A DNA stretch of 33,980 nucleotides from Chlamydiota bacterium (GCA_003648225.1 QMOL01000002.1:1-33980), one strand, 5' to 3'. Shown: positions 1 through 10,928, counted from the first letter of the stretch. A program made the numbers and translations. The notes: generated by a model not told the origin, from the sequence alone.

Positions 1-1969
1 CCCCATCACATTTTTCCTGTTCATAAATTGCCATTACATCTTCAAAAGTAAGCGGCTCGAAATAAAGTTTGTCGGAAGTGTCGTAATCTGTACTAACGGT
101 TTCCGGGTTTGAGTTAACCATAATAGTTTCATAACCATCTTCTTTTAAAGCAAACGAAGCATGAACGCAACAGTAATCAAATTCGATACCTTGACCGATT
201 CGATTTGGTCCGCCCCCAAGAATCATAATTTTCTTTTTATCGGATCTTACGGCTTCATTTTCTCCGTTCTCATAGGAAGAATAGTAATAAGGTGTAAAAG
301 CTTCAAATTCCGCCGCGCAGGTGTCAACAAGTTTATATATCGGCTTAACATTCATTTCTTCACGCATATTGCGTATATCGTACTCGGTTTTTCCGGCTAT
401 GAAAGCGAGCTGCTTATCCGAAAAACCAAATTGTTTGGCTTTACGCAATAATTTTTCCGGAAAGTTAGGCACAGCGATTTTTAATTCCTCTTCAAGTTCA
501 AAAATCTGAGCAAAATTATCTATAAACCAGGGATCCATTCCGGTTAAATTACAAATTTCTTCACAATCAATTCCGAGTTGCCAGGCGTATCTGATATAGA
601 AAAATCTCGCTGAATTCGGTTGGCGCAGTTTCGCGCAAACTCGTCGTTTGATCTCTGATGTGTTATCAATAATTTCTGTTTCAGATTCATGCCATTCCCA
701 ACCAATATCAGTTTTCTTGAGCTTGTCTTTTCCATCAGCTCCAAAACCTCCACGACCTATCTCGAGTGAGCGCATGGCTTTCCCGAAAGATTCTTTGAAA
801 GTCCTTCCTATCGCCATTGTTTCGCCAACGCTGCGCATTTGAGTGGTGAGCTGGTCCGGCGTTCCCGGGAACTTCTCAAAAGTGAAACGTGGAAATTTTA
901 CAACACAATAATCTATTGTCGGTTCAAAAGAAGCCGGAGTTTTTTTCGTTATGTCATTCGATATTTCATCCAAAGTGTAACCCACAGCAAGCTTTGCCGC
1001 AAATTTCGCAATAGGAAAGCCCGTCGCCTTTGACGCAAGAGCAGAACTTCTTGATACACGGGGATTCATCTCAATAATTACCATCCGACCGTCTTTGGGA
1101 TTCACTGCCCACTGAACGTTTGAACCGCCGGTTTCCACACCAATTTCCCGCATTACCGCGATAGAAGCATCACGCATGTATTGATAACATTTATCGGAAA
1201 GAGTTTGCGCGGGAGCCACAGTAACCGAATCACCGGTGTGAATTCCCATGGGGTCAATATTTTCAATTGAACAAATAATGACTACATTATCATTCAAATC
1301 ACGCATAACTTCAAGTTCGTATTCTTTCCAGCCAATGATAGATTCTTCAACAAGAATTTCGTTGCTCAAGCTGTAATCCAAACCCGTGCGGCATATTTTC
1401 TCAAATTCCTCTTGATTATAAGCAATTCCTCCGCCTGAACCACCGAGAGTAAAACTAGGCCGGCTGATTAACGGGAATGCACCAATATCCTTTGCAACTG
1501 CTTCCGCTTCAGTAAGATTATGCGCGAAGCCGGATTTAGGCATATCAAGCCCGATATTTGCCATTGCAGTTTTGAATAAATCCCGCTCTTCCGCTTTGCG
1601 GATGGATTCGGGATTAACGCCGATCATCTCAACACCGTATTTTTCTAAAATTCCTTTATCGGCAAGTTCAATTGCTGTATTCAAAGCTGTTTGACCGCCG
1701 ATAGTCGGCAACAGCGCGTCCGGCTTTTCTATTCGGATAATTTTCTCAACCATTTTAGCGTCAATAGGCTCAATGTAAGTACGATTGGCAAATTCAGGAT
1801 CGGTCATTATTGTCGCCGGATTGGAGTTGATGAGCACAACTTCATATCCGTCTTCTTTAAGCGCTTTGCAGGCTTGAGTTCCCGAATAATCGAACTCGCA
1901 CGCTTGTCCGATAACGATTGGTCCTGAACCGATCAGGAGAATTTTTTTTATATCTGTTCTTTTGGGCAT
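1..1969 (-). CDS. carB: carbamoyl-phosphate synthase large subunit, N-terminal 656 codons (3' end runs off the window)
   Basis: Absent from the ORF track because no stop lies in the window. My reverse-strand translation from ATG 1969-1967 reads [56 protein letters not shown]... At the window edge it reads ...[19 protein letters not shown]. This is the canonical CarB ATP-grasp N-terminus. Confidence 0.92.
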   Translation of the reverse strand, partial: MPKRTDIKKILLIGSGPIVIGQACEFDYSGTQACKALKEDGYEVVLINSNPATIMTDPEFANRTYIEPIDAKMVEKIIRIEKPDALLPTIGGQTALNTAIELADKGILEKYGVEMIGVNPESIRKAEERDLFKTAMANIGLDMPKSGFAHNLTEAEAVAKDIGAFPLISRPSFTLGGSGGGIAYNQEEFEKICRTGLDYSLSNEILVEESIIGWKEYELEVMRDLNDNVVIICSIENIDPMGIHTGDSVTVAPAQTLSDKCYQYMRDASIAVMREIGVETGGSNVQWAVNPKDGRMVIIEMNPRVSRSSALASKATGFPIAKFAAKLAVGYTLDEISNDITKKTPASFEPTIDYCVVKFPRFTFEKFPGTPDQLTTQMRSVGETMAIGRTFKESFGKAMRSLEIGRGGFGADGKDKLKKTDIGWEWHESETEIIDNTSEIKRRVCAKLRQPNSARFFYIRYAWQLGIDCEEICNLTGMDPWFIDNFAQIFELEEELKIAVPNFPEKLLRKAKQFGFSDKQLAFIAGKTEYDIRNMREEMNVKPIYKLVDTCAAEFEAFTPYYYSSYENGENEAVRSDKKKIMILGGGPNRIGQGIEFDYCCVHASFALKEDGYETIMVNSNPETVSTDYDTSDKLYFEPLTFEDVMAIYEQEKCDG

Positions 1970-1998
1970 ATTACATATTTTTAAGTAAAATATTAAAT

Positions 1999-2051
1999 TT
2001 CTAATTGCTCTAATTCTTGACCCGCGTATGCTGGGTTCTAATTGCTCTAAT
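1999..2051. repeat. 16-nt perfect direct repeat TTCTAATTGCTCTAAT (1999-2014 and 2036-2051) flanking a GC-rich core (GACCCGCGTATGCTGGGT), upstream of carB
   Basis: Read directly from the sequence. Each copy is itself two 9-nt units (CTAATTGCT CTAATNNN). Confidence 0.85.
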
Positions 2052-2111
2052 CAAATCCCAATCATCCAAAAAAATGAACAAATTGGTTTTTTCTTTGTTT
2101 GGTCATTATTT

Positions 2112-2147
2112 AGATCAATTAGATTAATTAGGTCAATTAGGTCAATT
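2112..2147. repeat. 4 x 9-nt imperfect tandem array AG(A/G)T(C/T)AATT abutting the purH stop codon
   Basis: agatcaatt agattaatt aggtcaatt aggtcaatt. The same array, with an identical 16-nt flank ATTATTTAGATCAATT, recurs at 18267-18300. Confidence 0.9.
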
Positions 2148-2149
2148 CA

Positions 2150-3721
2150 TTAATGCTTAAAATGGCGCATTCCGGTGAATACCATCGCTATGTTAGCTTC
2201 ATCGGCCGCAGTAATCACTTCTTCATCGCGAATTGAACCTCCCGGCTCAATTATTGCCGTTATCCCCGCTGCGGCCGCAGCGTCAATTCCATCGCGGAAC
2301 GGGAAAAAAGCATCGGAAGCCATAACGCACCCTTTAATTTCTTTTTGAGCTTTCATAACGCCTACTTTTGCGGAATCTACTCTGCTCATCTGTCCCGCGC
2401 CAACACCGACGAGTTCCAGTCCGTTCGCGTAAACAATAGCGTTTGATTTCACGTGTTTAACACATTTCCAGGCAAACATCAATGATTTCAACTCTTCTTC
2501 GGTCGGCTGGCGTTTAGTTACGCATTTCAAATCATCGATTGAAATCATTTTTGTATCGCGTTCCTGAACGAGCAATCCGCCTACAACTTTTCTTGTGACA
2601 AATCCTTTAAAAATGTGTTCTTTTTCTTTCACCCAGTCTTTTAATCCTTCAAGTAAAAGAATACGAATATTCTTTTTCTTTTGAAGAATTTCTAAAGCGT
2701 CTGAAGCGTAATCAGGAGCAACCACTCCTTCTACAAATGTTGAAGCAATTTGTTCAGCAGTCGCTTTGTCAACTGTTCGATTAAAAGCCAGTACACTTCC
2801 AAACGCGGAAATCGGGTCGGTCGCGCGTGCAAGTCTGTATGCTTCGGAAATATTTTCTGCACAAGCCGCTCCGCATGGATTTGTGTGTTTAACAACTATT
2901 GATGTCGGCTCAGTAAATTCTTTTAACAATTCTACTGCTCCGTCAACATCAATAAAATTATTATAAGACAGCTCTTTACCGTGGAGTTGTTTTACCATAG
3001 TAACGCAGGGCTCGGATTGGACTGTTTCTTTATAAAAAGCAGCTTTTTGGTGAGGGTTTTCTCCGTAACGTAAGTCCTGTACTTTTCTGTAACCGAATGC
3101 GCGTGTCGGGGGAAACATTTCTGTTCCTTCAGTTTTTTCTTCAAGATAATTCGCAATTAGTGAATCATAAAAAGATGTCGAAGCAAATACTTTCTGAGCA
3201 CACAGTTTATTAAATTCATAAGAAACCGCTCCGGCATTTTTCTCCATTTCTTCAAATAACGGCTTGTAATCTGAGGGATCAATGATAACTGTAACATCAC
3301 GGAAATTCTTCGCTGCTGAACGGAGCATTGTAGGTCCGCCGATATCGATATTTTCGATTGCGTCCTCAAATTTCACATTTTCTTTTGTAATTGTTTGCTC
3401 AAAAGGATATAAATTCACTATTACTAGATCAATGTAGGGGATTTCATAATCATCCATTACTTTTTTGTGATAAGGATCATCACGCAAAGCAAGAAGACCC
3501 GCATGAACTTTCGGATGAAGAGTTTTAACTCTGCCATCAAGCATTTCCGGGAAACCGGTATAATCGTCAATTAAAGTAATCGGAACTCCTTCATCTTTTA
3601 AGAGTTTAGCTGTTCCACCAGTGGAAATAATTTCCACACCACGCTTAGTTAGTTGATGCGCGATTTCCGCGATACCGGTTTTGTCGGATACACTGATTAA
3701 TGCTCGTTCGATTTTTTTCAT
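2150..3721 (-). CDS. purH: bifunctional AICAR transformylase / IMP cyclohydrolase
   Basis: 523 aa. The N-terminal MGS-like domain reads [11 protein letters not shown]...STGGTAK. The long AICARFT C-domain ends ...FTGMRHFKH. Length and motifs are typical of PurH. Confidence 0.95.
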   Translation of the reverse strand: MKKIERALISVSDKTGIAEIAHQLTKRGVEIISTGGTAKLLKDEGVPITLIDDYTGFPEMLDGRVKTLHPKVHAGLLALRDDPYHKKVMDDYEIPYIDLVIVNLYPFEQTITKENVKFEDAIENIDIGGPTMLRSAAKNFRDVTVIIDPSDYKPLFEEMEKNAGAVSYEFNKLCAQKVFASTSFYDSLIANYLEEKTEGTEMFPPTRAFGYRKVQDLRYGENPHQKAAFYKETVQSEPCVTMVKQLHGKELSYNNFIDVDGAVELLKEFTEPTSIVVKHTNPCGAACAENISEAYRLARATDPISAFGSVLAFNRTVDKATAEQIASTFVEGVVAPDYASDALEILQKKKNIRILLLEGLKDWVKEKEHIFKGFVTRKVVGGLLVQERDTKMISIDDLKCVTKRQPTEEELKSLMFAWKCVKHVKSNAIVYANGLELVGVGAGQMSRVDSAKVGVMKAQKEIKGCVMASDAFFPFRDGIDAAAAAGITAIIEPGGSIRDEEVITAADEANIAMVFTGMRHFKH

Positions 3722-3754
3722 TTTTTGAGTTTTGATTTTATGGTTTACGGTTAA

Positions 3755-4141
3755 TTATTTATTTTGCTGCTTGCCCATCTCTCCCATCAATTTCCTGTAC
3801 AAAGCGCATTCCATCATTAGCTTCTTTTCCGGCCGCTGCCATTCATAAGGAAAAGTGCGGCATTGCTTCGGGCGCGCGGAATAAACGCGGCACCCGTTTT
3901 CATCTACAAAAATACATCGACCGTCATTGGTCGGTTTGGTTTTTAAACGAATTCTGTCTTCGGCAAGATCAAAAAAAGTGTCGGCGCATGTTCGTTCATC
4001 TATCCCGAGACATTCAGCAACTTTTGTCAATTCGCTTTCTTTAAAAAAAACTTCGCCGGGCCAAAGACAGCAGTTAATACAGCCATCGCAGAATTTTTCA
4101 TCACCGTCCATTTTTTTAAATGATTGATTAGATTTGCTCAC
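3755..4141 (-). CDS. YkgJ/UPF0153-type cysteine-cluster (Zn/Fe-chelating) protein
   Basis: 128 aa with CDGCINCC near the N-terminus. Further Cys sit in GRCIF, NGCRVY and CRTFP, which is the pattern of the YkgJ family. Confidence 0.65.
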   Translation of the reverse strand: MSKSNQSFKKMDGDEKFCDGCINCCLWPGEVFFKESELTKVAECLGIDERTCADTFFDLAEDRIRLKTKPTNDGRCIFVDENGCRVYSARPKQCRTFPYEWQRPEKKLMMECALYRKLMGEMGKQQNK

Positions 4142-4161
4142 TTCGCCTCTCTGTCAGCCGT

Positions 4162-4188
4162 GTCCGTTTAGTCCGCTTAGTCCGTTTC
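4162..4188. repeat. 3 x 9-nt tandem array GTCCG(T/C)TT(A/C) abutting the purM stop codon
   Basis: gtccgttta gtccgctta gtccgtttc, read directly. Confidence 0.85.
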
Positions 4189-5222
4189 TATTTCAAAATC
4201 ACTTTTTTATTTCCTTCAACCACTTCACCGATTATTTCCGGTTTCAATCCTGTTGCGGAAATTTCTTCCATAATCTTTTCGGCATCATTTGCATTTGCAA
4301 AAATTGTCATTCCAATTCCCATGTTAAACACGCGGAACATTTCTTCGAGTTCAATTTCGCCGAGCTTTTGTATCAAAGCATAAATTGGCGGTATGTCAAT
4401 TTTTGCCAAATCAATTTTCGCGTCAACATTTTCCGGCAGAATTCGCGGCACATTGTCTATTAAGCCGCCTCCGGTAATATGCGCCAATCCCTTGATTTTA
4501 AATTTCTCGAGCAAATCAAGAAGCAGGGGAGTGTAAGAACGATGCGATTCAAGCAGAATATCTCCAAGTGTTCTTTCACAGCCTTCGGGAATTACATTCA
4601 AATCGAGTCGCGCGTCATCAAGTAAAACTTTTCTCGCGAGAGAATAACCGTTTGTGTGAAGCCCGCTTGATGGCAATCCTATAATCACATCACCTGTAGA
4701 AATATTTTTCCCGTCAATGATTTGTTCACGATCAACCACGCCGACTATACAACCGACTAAGTCGTATTGTCCCGCGACATACGTTCCCGGCATTTCAGCG
4801 GTTTCACCGCCGAGCAAAGCGCATCCGTTGTTTTTACATTCATCAGCAATTCCTGTAATTATTTCTTTAATAGCATCGGGACCAAGTTTGGCCGATGCAA
4901 CATAATCCATAAAAAATAACGGACGTGCCCCTTGCACAACGATATCATTGCAGCAATGCGCGACAATATCCCGTCCGGCATTGTAAAATTTATTTAACTG
5001 TGCGGCAATGTGGAGTTTAGTGCCAACGCCGTCAATCGATGATACGAGAACTGGATGAGCAGGGGAATTCGCTTTATTGATGTCAAATAATCCGCCGAAG
5101 AGACCGATGTCTGTAAGAACTGCGGGACTGAATGTTTCGCGCACTTGTTTTTTTATATCTTTTACAATTTGCATTCCTGTGTCAATATTGACACCGGCTT
5201 CCGCGTATTTTGATGTTGCCAT
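4188..5222 (-). CDS. purM: phosphoribosylformylglycinamidine cyclo-ligase (AIR synthetase)
   Basis: 344 aa. Contains the motifs SIDGVGTKL, LGGETAEMPG and HITGGGL. Length is typical of PurM. Confidence 0.95.
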   Translation of the reverse strand: MATSKYAEAGVNIDTGMQIVKDIKKQVRETFSPAVLTDIGLFGGLFDINKANSPAHPVLVSSIDGVGTKLHIAAQLNKFYNAGRDIVAHCCNDIVVQGARPLFFMDYVASAKLGPDAIKEIITGIADECKNNGCALLGGETAEMPGTYVAGQYDLVGCIVGVVDREQIIDGKNISTGDVIIGLPSSGLHTNGYSLARKVLLDDARLDLNVIPEGCERTLGDILLESHRSYTPLLLDLLEKFKIKGLAHITGGGLIDNVPRILPENVDAKIDLAKIDIPPIYALIQKLGEIELEEMFRVFNMGIGMTIFANANDAEKIMEEISATGLKPEIIGEVVEGNKKVILK

Positions 5223-5350
5223 AAGTACAATATGTAGTGTTACGAGTTGAAACTAATTACTTTATAAAGTATATCAAAATTTTAAAAAAAAATAAAGTGG
5301 AATAAATTCTCTTCAAATCAAAAAATCGCGCAAGGTATTTTTACAGTTAT

Positions 5351-5379
5351 TTGACATTCGGGTATAGAAATACTATAAT
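5351..5379 (+). promoter_or_regulatory. consensus sigma70-type promoter for the flavodiiron gene
   Basis: TTGACA (5351-5356), a 17-nt spacer, then TATAAT (5374-5379). It lies about 57 nt upstream of ATG 5436. Confidence 0.6.
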
Positions 5380-5435
5380 ATCTACTGTAATTGAAAGTAA
5401 TTATAAGTTAATCCTCATATTTGGAGAAATATAAA

Positions 5436-7991
5436 ATGGCTAATGTTAAAATATCCGATAATTTGTTTTGGGTCGGTGTGCAAGACCACGACTTAAAAGT
5501 ATTCGATGTTATAATGCAAACTGAATACGGAACGAGTTATAATTCTTACCTGTTGAAAACCGATGACGGAGCAATTTTGTTTGAAACCTCTAAAGGAAAA
5601 ACTTTCGATATATTCATTTCTAACCTTCAGGAAGTTTGTGACTTATCTGAAATTAAATATATCGTCATTGACCATACTGAACCTGATCATACCGGTTCGC
5701 TGGAAAAATTACTGAAAATGACCCCTAATGCCACTATCTTAGCTTCTGCAATCGCGCTTCGCTTCCTCAGAGATATTTGTAACCGCGAAATTCCTGGAAT
5801 TGCAGTTACTGAAAGTGATGTGATATCTCTTGGTGGTTATGATTTAAAATTTCTTTCAGTTCCTTTCTTACACTGGCCGGATTCGATTTACACTTACATA
5901 GAAAAGATAAAAACATTAGTTACATGTGATTCTTTCGGATGTCATTATGCTGATGACAAAGTTTGCAATGACCTTATTGAAGGAGATTTTGTTGACGCTT
6001 ACAAATATTATTTTGACGCGATTATGGGACCTTTCAAGCCTTATGTTCAAAACGCTTTGAAAAAAATCGCCCCCCTCGATATTAAAACTATTTGTCCAGG
6101 CCACGGACCCGTTCTCCGTGAAAAACTCGACTTCTACATTAATTTATATGATGAATGGAGTAAGGAAACTACTCCTGCTATTCACGCAAAACCGAAAGTT
6201 ACAATCGCTTATGTAAGCGCTTATGGCTACACAGAAGAATTAGCAAACAAAATCGCCAATGGAATATCAGATGTTTCTGACGCGGATGTTAAAAGTTATG
6301 ATATGGTTACCGCGAAACACGACCACGTTTTAACTGAATTGATCGATTCTGACGGTATTCTTCTCGGGTCGCCTACTGTTAACGGTGACGCCCTTCCGCC
6401 CGTTACGGATTTAATCCTTCAAATGAACGGAGTTCTTCATGGCGGAAAAGTCGCCGGCGCTTTCGGCAGTTATGGTTGGAGCGGTGAAGCTGCCGATATG
6501 TTGATGGGGCGATTAAATGTTTTGCGAATGAAAACGCTTGAGCCGCCTTTGAAAGCTATCTTTAAACCGTCTGATGATGAACTTAATGCGGCTTATAATT
6601 ACGGCAGAAGATTCGCGAGAAAATTAATCGAAGAATGGAAACCTGTCGGTAAATCCGATGACGGCGCTACTCTATGGAAATGCACCGTCTGCGGCGAAGT
6701 GTTCGAAGGCGCTTTGCCGCCAATGAGTTGCCCCGTTTGCGGCGCGGGTCCCGAAGCATTTGTTGAATTCACTGAAGAAGTTATTACTTTTTCTTCCAAA
6801 CAGGAATTTAAAACCGTTATTATTGGCAGTGGACCCGGAGCGATTAACGCTGCCGTTGCTCTTCGCAAACGAAACAGCAAAGCAGTGATAGACATTTACA
6901 GCGCAGATAAAGATTTGCCTTATTACCGTCCGTCATTAACTAAGAGACTTTCTGAGGAATTAAAGTTGGAAGAGATTTTACTTTTCCCGAATGAATATTA
7001 CGAAAAAAATAAAATAAATCTTCATCTTGATACCGAAATTACTAAAATTTCCCCGGCTGAAAAAACAATATATGACGCTAATAATAATAAAATTAAATAT
7101 GATAAGTTAATTATCGCGACCGGCGCGCATTGCTTTGTGCCACCTCTTCCGGGAGCTGATTTGCCTGAAGTGATTACATTAAGAAATTTCAGAAATTTTA
7201 CTTCCATAAAAAATTTGATTGAAAACGACGCTAAAAAAATTGTCGTTGTCGGCGGAGGTTTACTCGGCTTGGAAGTCGCAAACTCACTGAAAAATCTCGG
7301 CGTGAAAGTTACTGTCCTGGAAATGGCTCCAAGAATCCTTCCAAGACAAATGGATAATGCCGGCAGCGAAATACTAACTAAAATCATTAATGCAAGCGGC
7401 ATAGAAATGAAAACTGATATCTATGCCGAAGAAGTCGTTGGTGACATGAAAGTGCGCGGCGTTGCAACTAATAAATCAGGCGTTATCCCTTGTGACGCCG
7501 TTATATTCTCAGCAGGTATCAGAAGTAACATCAATCTCGCCACCAATGCGGGAATAGAAGTTAACCGGGGAATTGTTGTTAATGAAAAAATGCAGACGTC
7601 TCTTACCGATATTTACGCGGTAGGGGATTGCTGTTCCTTTAATAATGTCGTTACAGGCTTGTGGGAACCGGCTATCGAACAAGGAAAAGTCGCCGGCGCG
7701 CATATCGCGGGCGACAGCGTAAAATATGAACCGTCTGTTATCGGCGCGACAATGAATGCTTTCGGCACAAGTATTTTTTCAGTCGGGGATTTAGGAATAG
7801 AAAAGGGAAGTGATTATACTCAAATTACTTGCAGAAACGATGTGAAACCAACATATAAAAATATTTATTTCAAAAAAAATGTTCTTTGCGGTGGATTGCT
7901 GCTCGGTGATTTGACAATGACTAACCCACTGCTTTCAGGTGTTAAAAAAGGAATTAATACAGAAATTGCCATGGATAATAAATTGATTTAA
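5436..7991 (+). CDS. multidomain flavodiiron protein: metallo-beta-lactamase diiron core + flavodoxin-like + rubredoxin + NAD(P)H:rubredoxin oxidoreductase-like domain
   Basis: Diiron ligand motif DHTEPDH. Flavodoxin-like segment VTIAYVSAYGYTEELA. Rubredoxin CTVCGE...CPVCGA. Two Rossmann motifs, IIGSGPGA and VVGGGLLG. The ORF track starts at TTG 5421. I prefer ATG 5436, which is preceded by GGAGAAA. Confidence 0.88.
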   Translation: MANVKISDNLFWVGVQDHDLKVFDVIMQTEYGTSYNSYLLKTDDGAILFETSKGKTFDIFISNLQEVCDLSEIKYIVIDHTEPDHTGSLEKLLKMTPNATILASAIALRFLRDICNREIPGIAVTESDVISLGGYDLKFLSVPFLHWPDSIYTYIEKIKTLVTCDSFGCHYADDKVCNDLIEGDFVDAYKYYFDAIMGPFKPYVQNALKKIAPLDIKTICPGHGPVLREKLDFYINLYDEWSKETTPAIHAKPKVTIAYVSAYGYTEELANKIANGISDVSDADVKSYDMVTAKHDHVLTELIDSDGILLGSPTVNGDALPPVTDLILQMNGVLHGGKVAGAFGSYGWSGEAADMLMGRLNVLRMKTLEPPLKAIFKPSDDELNAAYNYGRRFARKLIEEWKPVGKSDDGATLWKCTVCGEVFEGALPPMSCPVCGAGPEAFVEFTEEVITFSSKQEFKTVIIGSGPGAINAAVALRKRNSKAVIDIYSADKDLPYYRPSLTKRLSEELKLEEILLFPNEYYEKNKINLHLDTEITKISPAEKTIYDANNNKIKYDKLIIATGAHCFVPPLPGADLPEVITLRNFRNFTSIKNLIENDAKKIVVVGGGLLGLEVANSLKNLGVKVTVLEMAPRILPRQMDNAGSEILTKIINASGIEMKTDIYAEEVVGDMKVRGVATNKSGVIPCDAVIFSAGIRSNINLATNAGIEVNRGIVVNEKMQTSLTDIYAVGDCCSFNNVVTGLWEPAIEQGKVAGAHIAGDSVKYEPSVIGATMNAFGTSIFSVGDLGIEKGSDYTQITCRNDVKPTYKNIYFKKNVLCGGLLLGDLTMTNPLLSGVKKGINTEIAMDNKLI

Positions 7992-8045
7992 ATAATACAA
8001 TTAACAATTAGTTGTTCCCGAAATAGCGTTAGAAAAATTAAAAAT

Positions 8046-8130
8046 CTTAGTGCTCTTAGTGCCTTAGTGGTAAAAAATAATGAGAGTTAAGAAATTTATT
8101 TTTTTCGTGTATTCTGTGTGTTCCGTGGTG
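8046..8130. repeat. two short tandem arrays (CTTAGTGN x3 at 8046-8070; TTC(N)GTGTN x3 at 8104-8130), each ending GTGGT(G)AAAAAAT
   Basis: cttagtgct cttagtgc cttagtgg taaaaaat, and ttcgtgta ttctgtgtg ttccgtggtg aaaaat. They lie downstream of the flavodiiron gene. Confidence 0.8.
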
Positions 8131-8320
8131 AAAAATAAATTTTAACAAATAACAAAATCACTGGAGCAGACGGCTTGGTTACCTGTTTTTTGCGCCGCTG
8201 CTCAGTTCAATCGTTGTTATGTGCCGGGACATTGTGGGCACTGCGAAAAAATAATTTTGCCTGTAAAGCAAAGATGAAATAATGAGTGAATCATTAATGC
8301 TTTTCAATCAACCTCATAAT

Positions 8321-9679
8321 TTACTTCAACTGACGTTCTTTTTCCAAAAGCGAAATTAATGATTCCTTTTTATTTAATTCAGGATCCTTTAAAACTTCTT
8401 CAAGACAATAGTGTAACGCTTTGCCTACTTTCCTTCCCGGCTTAATTTTGAATATTTTTATTATATCATCTCCATTTATTGCAAGATCGGTGATTTTTAA
8501 CGCGTGATCCTCTTTCTCAATTTTTCTGATTCTTTTTAAAACATATCTCAATAACTTGATCTGCTCATCAAGTGAGTAGGGTTCACGCAAATTCCCTCGC
8601 ATATCAGCAATTTGAAGACGAAGCAAATCCCTGATAGATATATATTTTAACCTGCCCATTAAACGCCTGATCGTCGCGTCTTTCATCTCATGAACAAACA
8701 TTATCCGCGTCATATGATAACGTGTCGCTTCTTTTACATATCCGATAGTGTGCAAGCTGTATTTTAAATAACGAAGTTCTTTTTCTACCATTTTTACGCC
8801 TTTAATTTCGTGACCGTAAAAATGATCAATCCCATCCTCATCTCTTATTCGTTGCGTTGGTTTTGCAACATCATGAAGCAAAGCGGCGAGTCGAAGATTT
8901 AAATCCTTTTTTATTACCGCCTGGGTCGCCTTTACAGCATGCGTCCAGCAATCTTCCGCGTGATAACCTTTTTGAGGCACATTAATTGATTTTGCAAGTT
9001 CAGGTAAAATTTCTTCAAGTAAATGCAGCGATGAAAGCAAAATCAACGCCGCCTCCCGATTGTCAAGCATCAAAATTTTATTTAATTCGAGCTGAATTCT
9101 TTCTTTCGCGACTTTCCTTAATAAAAAATGATTCTGTAAAATAACTTCTTTTGAATTCTCTTCAATTTTACCTCCAATAAGCGCGGCAAAACGGCACGCT
9201 CTAAGCGCGCGTATGGGATCTTCAGAAAGCCGCTTATCCGGTTCACCTACGAATCTGACAATTTTATTTTCTAAATCTGTTTTCCCGCTATAAGGATCGA
9301 CAAGTTTTCCTTCAATATCCATCGCAATAGCATTAATTGTAAAATCACGACGCGATAAATCTTCTTCAATTGTCGGAACTATCTTTACAAAATCTGGATG
9401 ACGAAAATCTGAATAGGGTCCATCTTGACGAAATGTCGCAACTTCAATTCTGTGGACTAACGCGACAGAAAACGCTTCACCTATGATTGCCGCTTTTGGA
9501 AAAATCCTTTTTATTTCATTAAGACAGGCATTTGTGGCAATATCAATGTCTGAAGAAATTTTTCCACGAAGTAAATCACGAACACAACCACCAACATAAT
9601 ACGATGAAAAACCCGCGTCCAGAAGACTTAATATAATACTTTCCGCACGTGAAGAATATTTATTTTTCTTAAAAAACAT
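8321..9679 (-). CDS. cca: CCA-adding tRNA nucleotidyltransferase with HD domain
   Basis: 452 aa. Contains GGCVRDLLRG...DIDIAT, RRDFTINAIA and HD-domain residues (LLHDVAKP, FYGHE). Confidence 0.85.
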   Translation of the reverse strand: MFFKKNKYSSRAESIILSLLDAGFSSYYVGGCVRDLLRGKISSDIDIATNACLNEIKRIFPKAAIIGEAFSVALVHRIEVATFRQDGPYSDFRHPDFVKIVPTIEEDLSRRDFTINAIAMDIEGKLVDPYSGKTDLENKIVRFVGEPDKRLSEDPIRALRACRFAALIGGKIEENSKEVILQNHFLLRKVAKERIQLELNKILMLDNREAALILLSSLHLLEEILPELAKSINVPQKGYHAEDCWTHAVKATQAVIKKDLNLRLAALLHDVAKPTQRIRDEDGIDHFYGHEIKGVKMVEKELRYLKYSLHTIGYVKEATRYHMTRIMFVHEMKDATIRRLMGRLKYISIRDLLRLQIADMRGNLREPYSLDEQIKLLRYVLKRIRKIEKEDHALKITDLAINGDDIIKIFKIKPGRKVGKALHYCLEEVLKDPELNKKESLISLLEKERQLK

Positions 9680-9776
9680 TACGTAATAGTTCGTAGTTGA
9701 TAATTATTGGCCCGTTGTTAGTGATTAATTTCACTCTCAACATGTCTCCTGTGATTCCCATATTCCCGCATTCATA

Positions 9777-10928
9777 TCAATTGTCCGTTAAAGCTTTAAG
9801 AATATCGGAAGCGACCGGAGGGCAGCCTTTAACTAATTTATTATCTCCGCATTTTTTTATAGTGCAGTTTCCGACACACAAAGTCCCTTCCGGGATTACG
9901 TCATGCCCTTTTCCAATTGCGAATTTTAACGGAAGATAATCCGCTATGTCTTTATAATTACGCTTCAGAAACATTGTGAGTGTCGATACACAAGCACTGC
10001 ATGATTCACAATCAAGTACCTCAACTTTAGGAAAATTTAAACTGATTTCCTTAGGCGGTAATTCAAATGGCTTGATCCAGTCTCGCCAGTTTGAAGGGTC
10101 AATTGAAATATCATCAATTGAAATCGATTCTCCGGCGCGTTCGGCTGTAAGACGAAGATGCGGAATATCTTCCGGCTTAATTCCCATTATTGCTGCCGCA
10201 ACCGCATCGGCGGCAAAACAATTTGTTGACGCTAAAACTACATCAACTCTTTTCGGTGTGCCTGCGCTGGGACCAAGTCCCTCCAAGCCTAATGAACCAT
10301 CAATTAAAACGATATCAGGAATGAGAACTGTTGAAAGGTCAGCGATTGCAAGGTCAAGTGTTTTTTCATTTACGGGAGTTGAAGGTTGGGGGAGCTGATG
10401 AAGTCTGACTTTCTCTCTGCCTTTCAGGCAGCCTTTCATATTTTTAATGCTCAAAGTAACAACGCAGTGCATGTGAGTCTTCATCACCGGTATGGAAACT
10501 ATATAATCAAAATTGGTTATAGCACTTGATATTCGCGCAAAATTTAACACAACCGCATCCTTGATTTCTATTTTGTCGGCCGGAGCGGCATCAAGATCAA
10601 TCATGGGAATCCCACGCTTCTCAACTTCATCTGCTATACCTGTTGATTCGAGACATTCAAATGGAGTAACACCGAGAATTGTTCCTTCGCCAACAGTAAC
10701 TTCCGCACCAATTTTTTTAAAAAAATCGCAAGCTGCCGCCACAACATGTGGATTAGTAGTAATTGCTTTTCCCGGTTGAACCTTTCGTCCGGCATTAGGT
10801 TTAAGCAAAATTTTTTTACCGGATAAGTCAGGTAAATCTATCCTTTCGAGAACATTGATTGCGTTTGCGTAAGCGTTATTGCCATGACAAACAGCCACAA
10901 AATTATTATTTTTGATTTTAGTCTTCAT
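9777..10928 (-). CDS. DUF362 domain protein with C-terminal Cys-rich extension
   Basis: Contains KILLKPNAG and TLSIKNMKGCL, typical of DUF362, plus a C-terminal CESCSAC...CVGNC...C...GC. The ORF-track start at 10985 is a TTG. The first ATG (10928, MKTKIKNN...) is more plausible. Confidence 0.7.
   Translation of the reverse strand: MKTKIKNNNFVAVCHGNNAYANAINVLERIDLPDLSGKKILLKPNAGRKVQPGKAITTNPHVVAAACDFFKKIGAEVTVGEGTILGVTPFECLESTGIADEVEKRGIPMIDLDAAPADKIEIKDAVVLNFARISSAITNFDYIVSIPVMKTHMHCVVTLSIKNMKGCLKGREKVRLHQLPQPSTPVNEKTLDLAIADLSTVLIPDIVLIDGSLGLEGLGPSAGTPKRVDVVLASTNCFAADAVAAAIMGIKPEDIPHLRLTAERAGESISIDDISIDPSNWRDWIKPFELPPKEISLNFPKVEVLDCESCSACVSTLTMFLKRNYKDIADYLPLKFAIGKGHDVIPEGTLCVGNCTIKKCGDNKLVKGCPPVASDILKALTDN

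Noticed and set aside
161-1927. Plus-strand ORFs of 62-96 aa in the ORF track (161-451, 321-509, 648-842, 839-1033, 1691-1927) and the minus ORF 544-753
   Set aside because: All lie inside the minus-strand carB reading frame, which translates as an uninterrupted, canonical CarB N-terminal region. Their products are low-complexity with no motifs.
3722-5350. ZTP (pfl) or purine riboswitch in front of purH or purM
   Set aside because: The purH and YkgJ leaders are only 33-46 nt. The purM upstream region shows none of the conserved riboswitch cores by eye.
8160-8275. GC-richer stretch between the convergent FDP and cca genes, with a bulged 10-bp stem (GAGCAG-A-CGGC ... GCCG-CTGCTC) and GTGCC...GGCAC, considered as SRP/4.5S-like RNA
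   Set aside because: The conserved SRP domain IV motif (GGAAGGAAGCAGC-type with a GNRA loop) is absent. It is most simply a terminator or hairpin region for the convergent genes, and a weak TTTGC...GCAAA hairpin with a T run serves cca.
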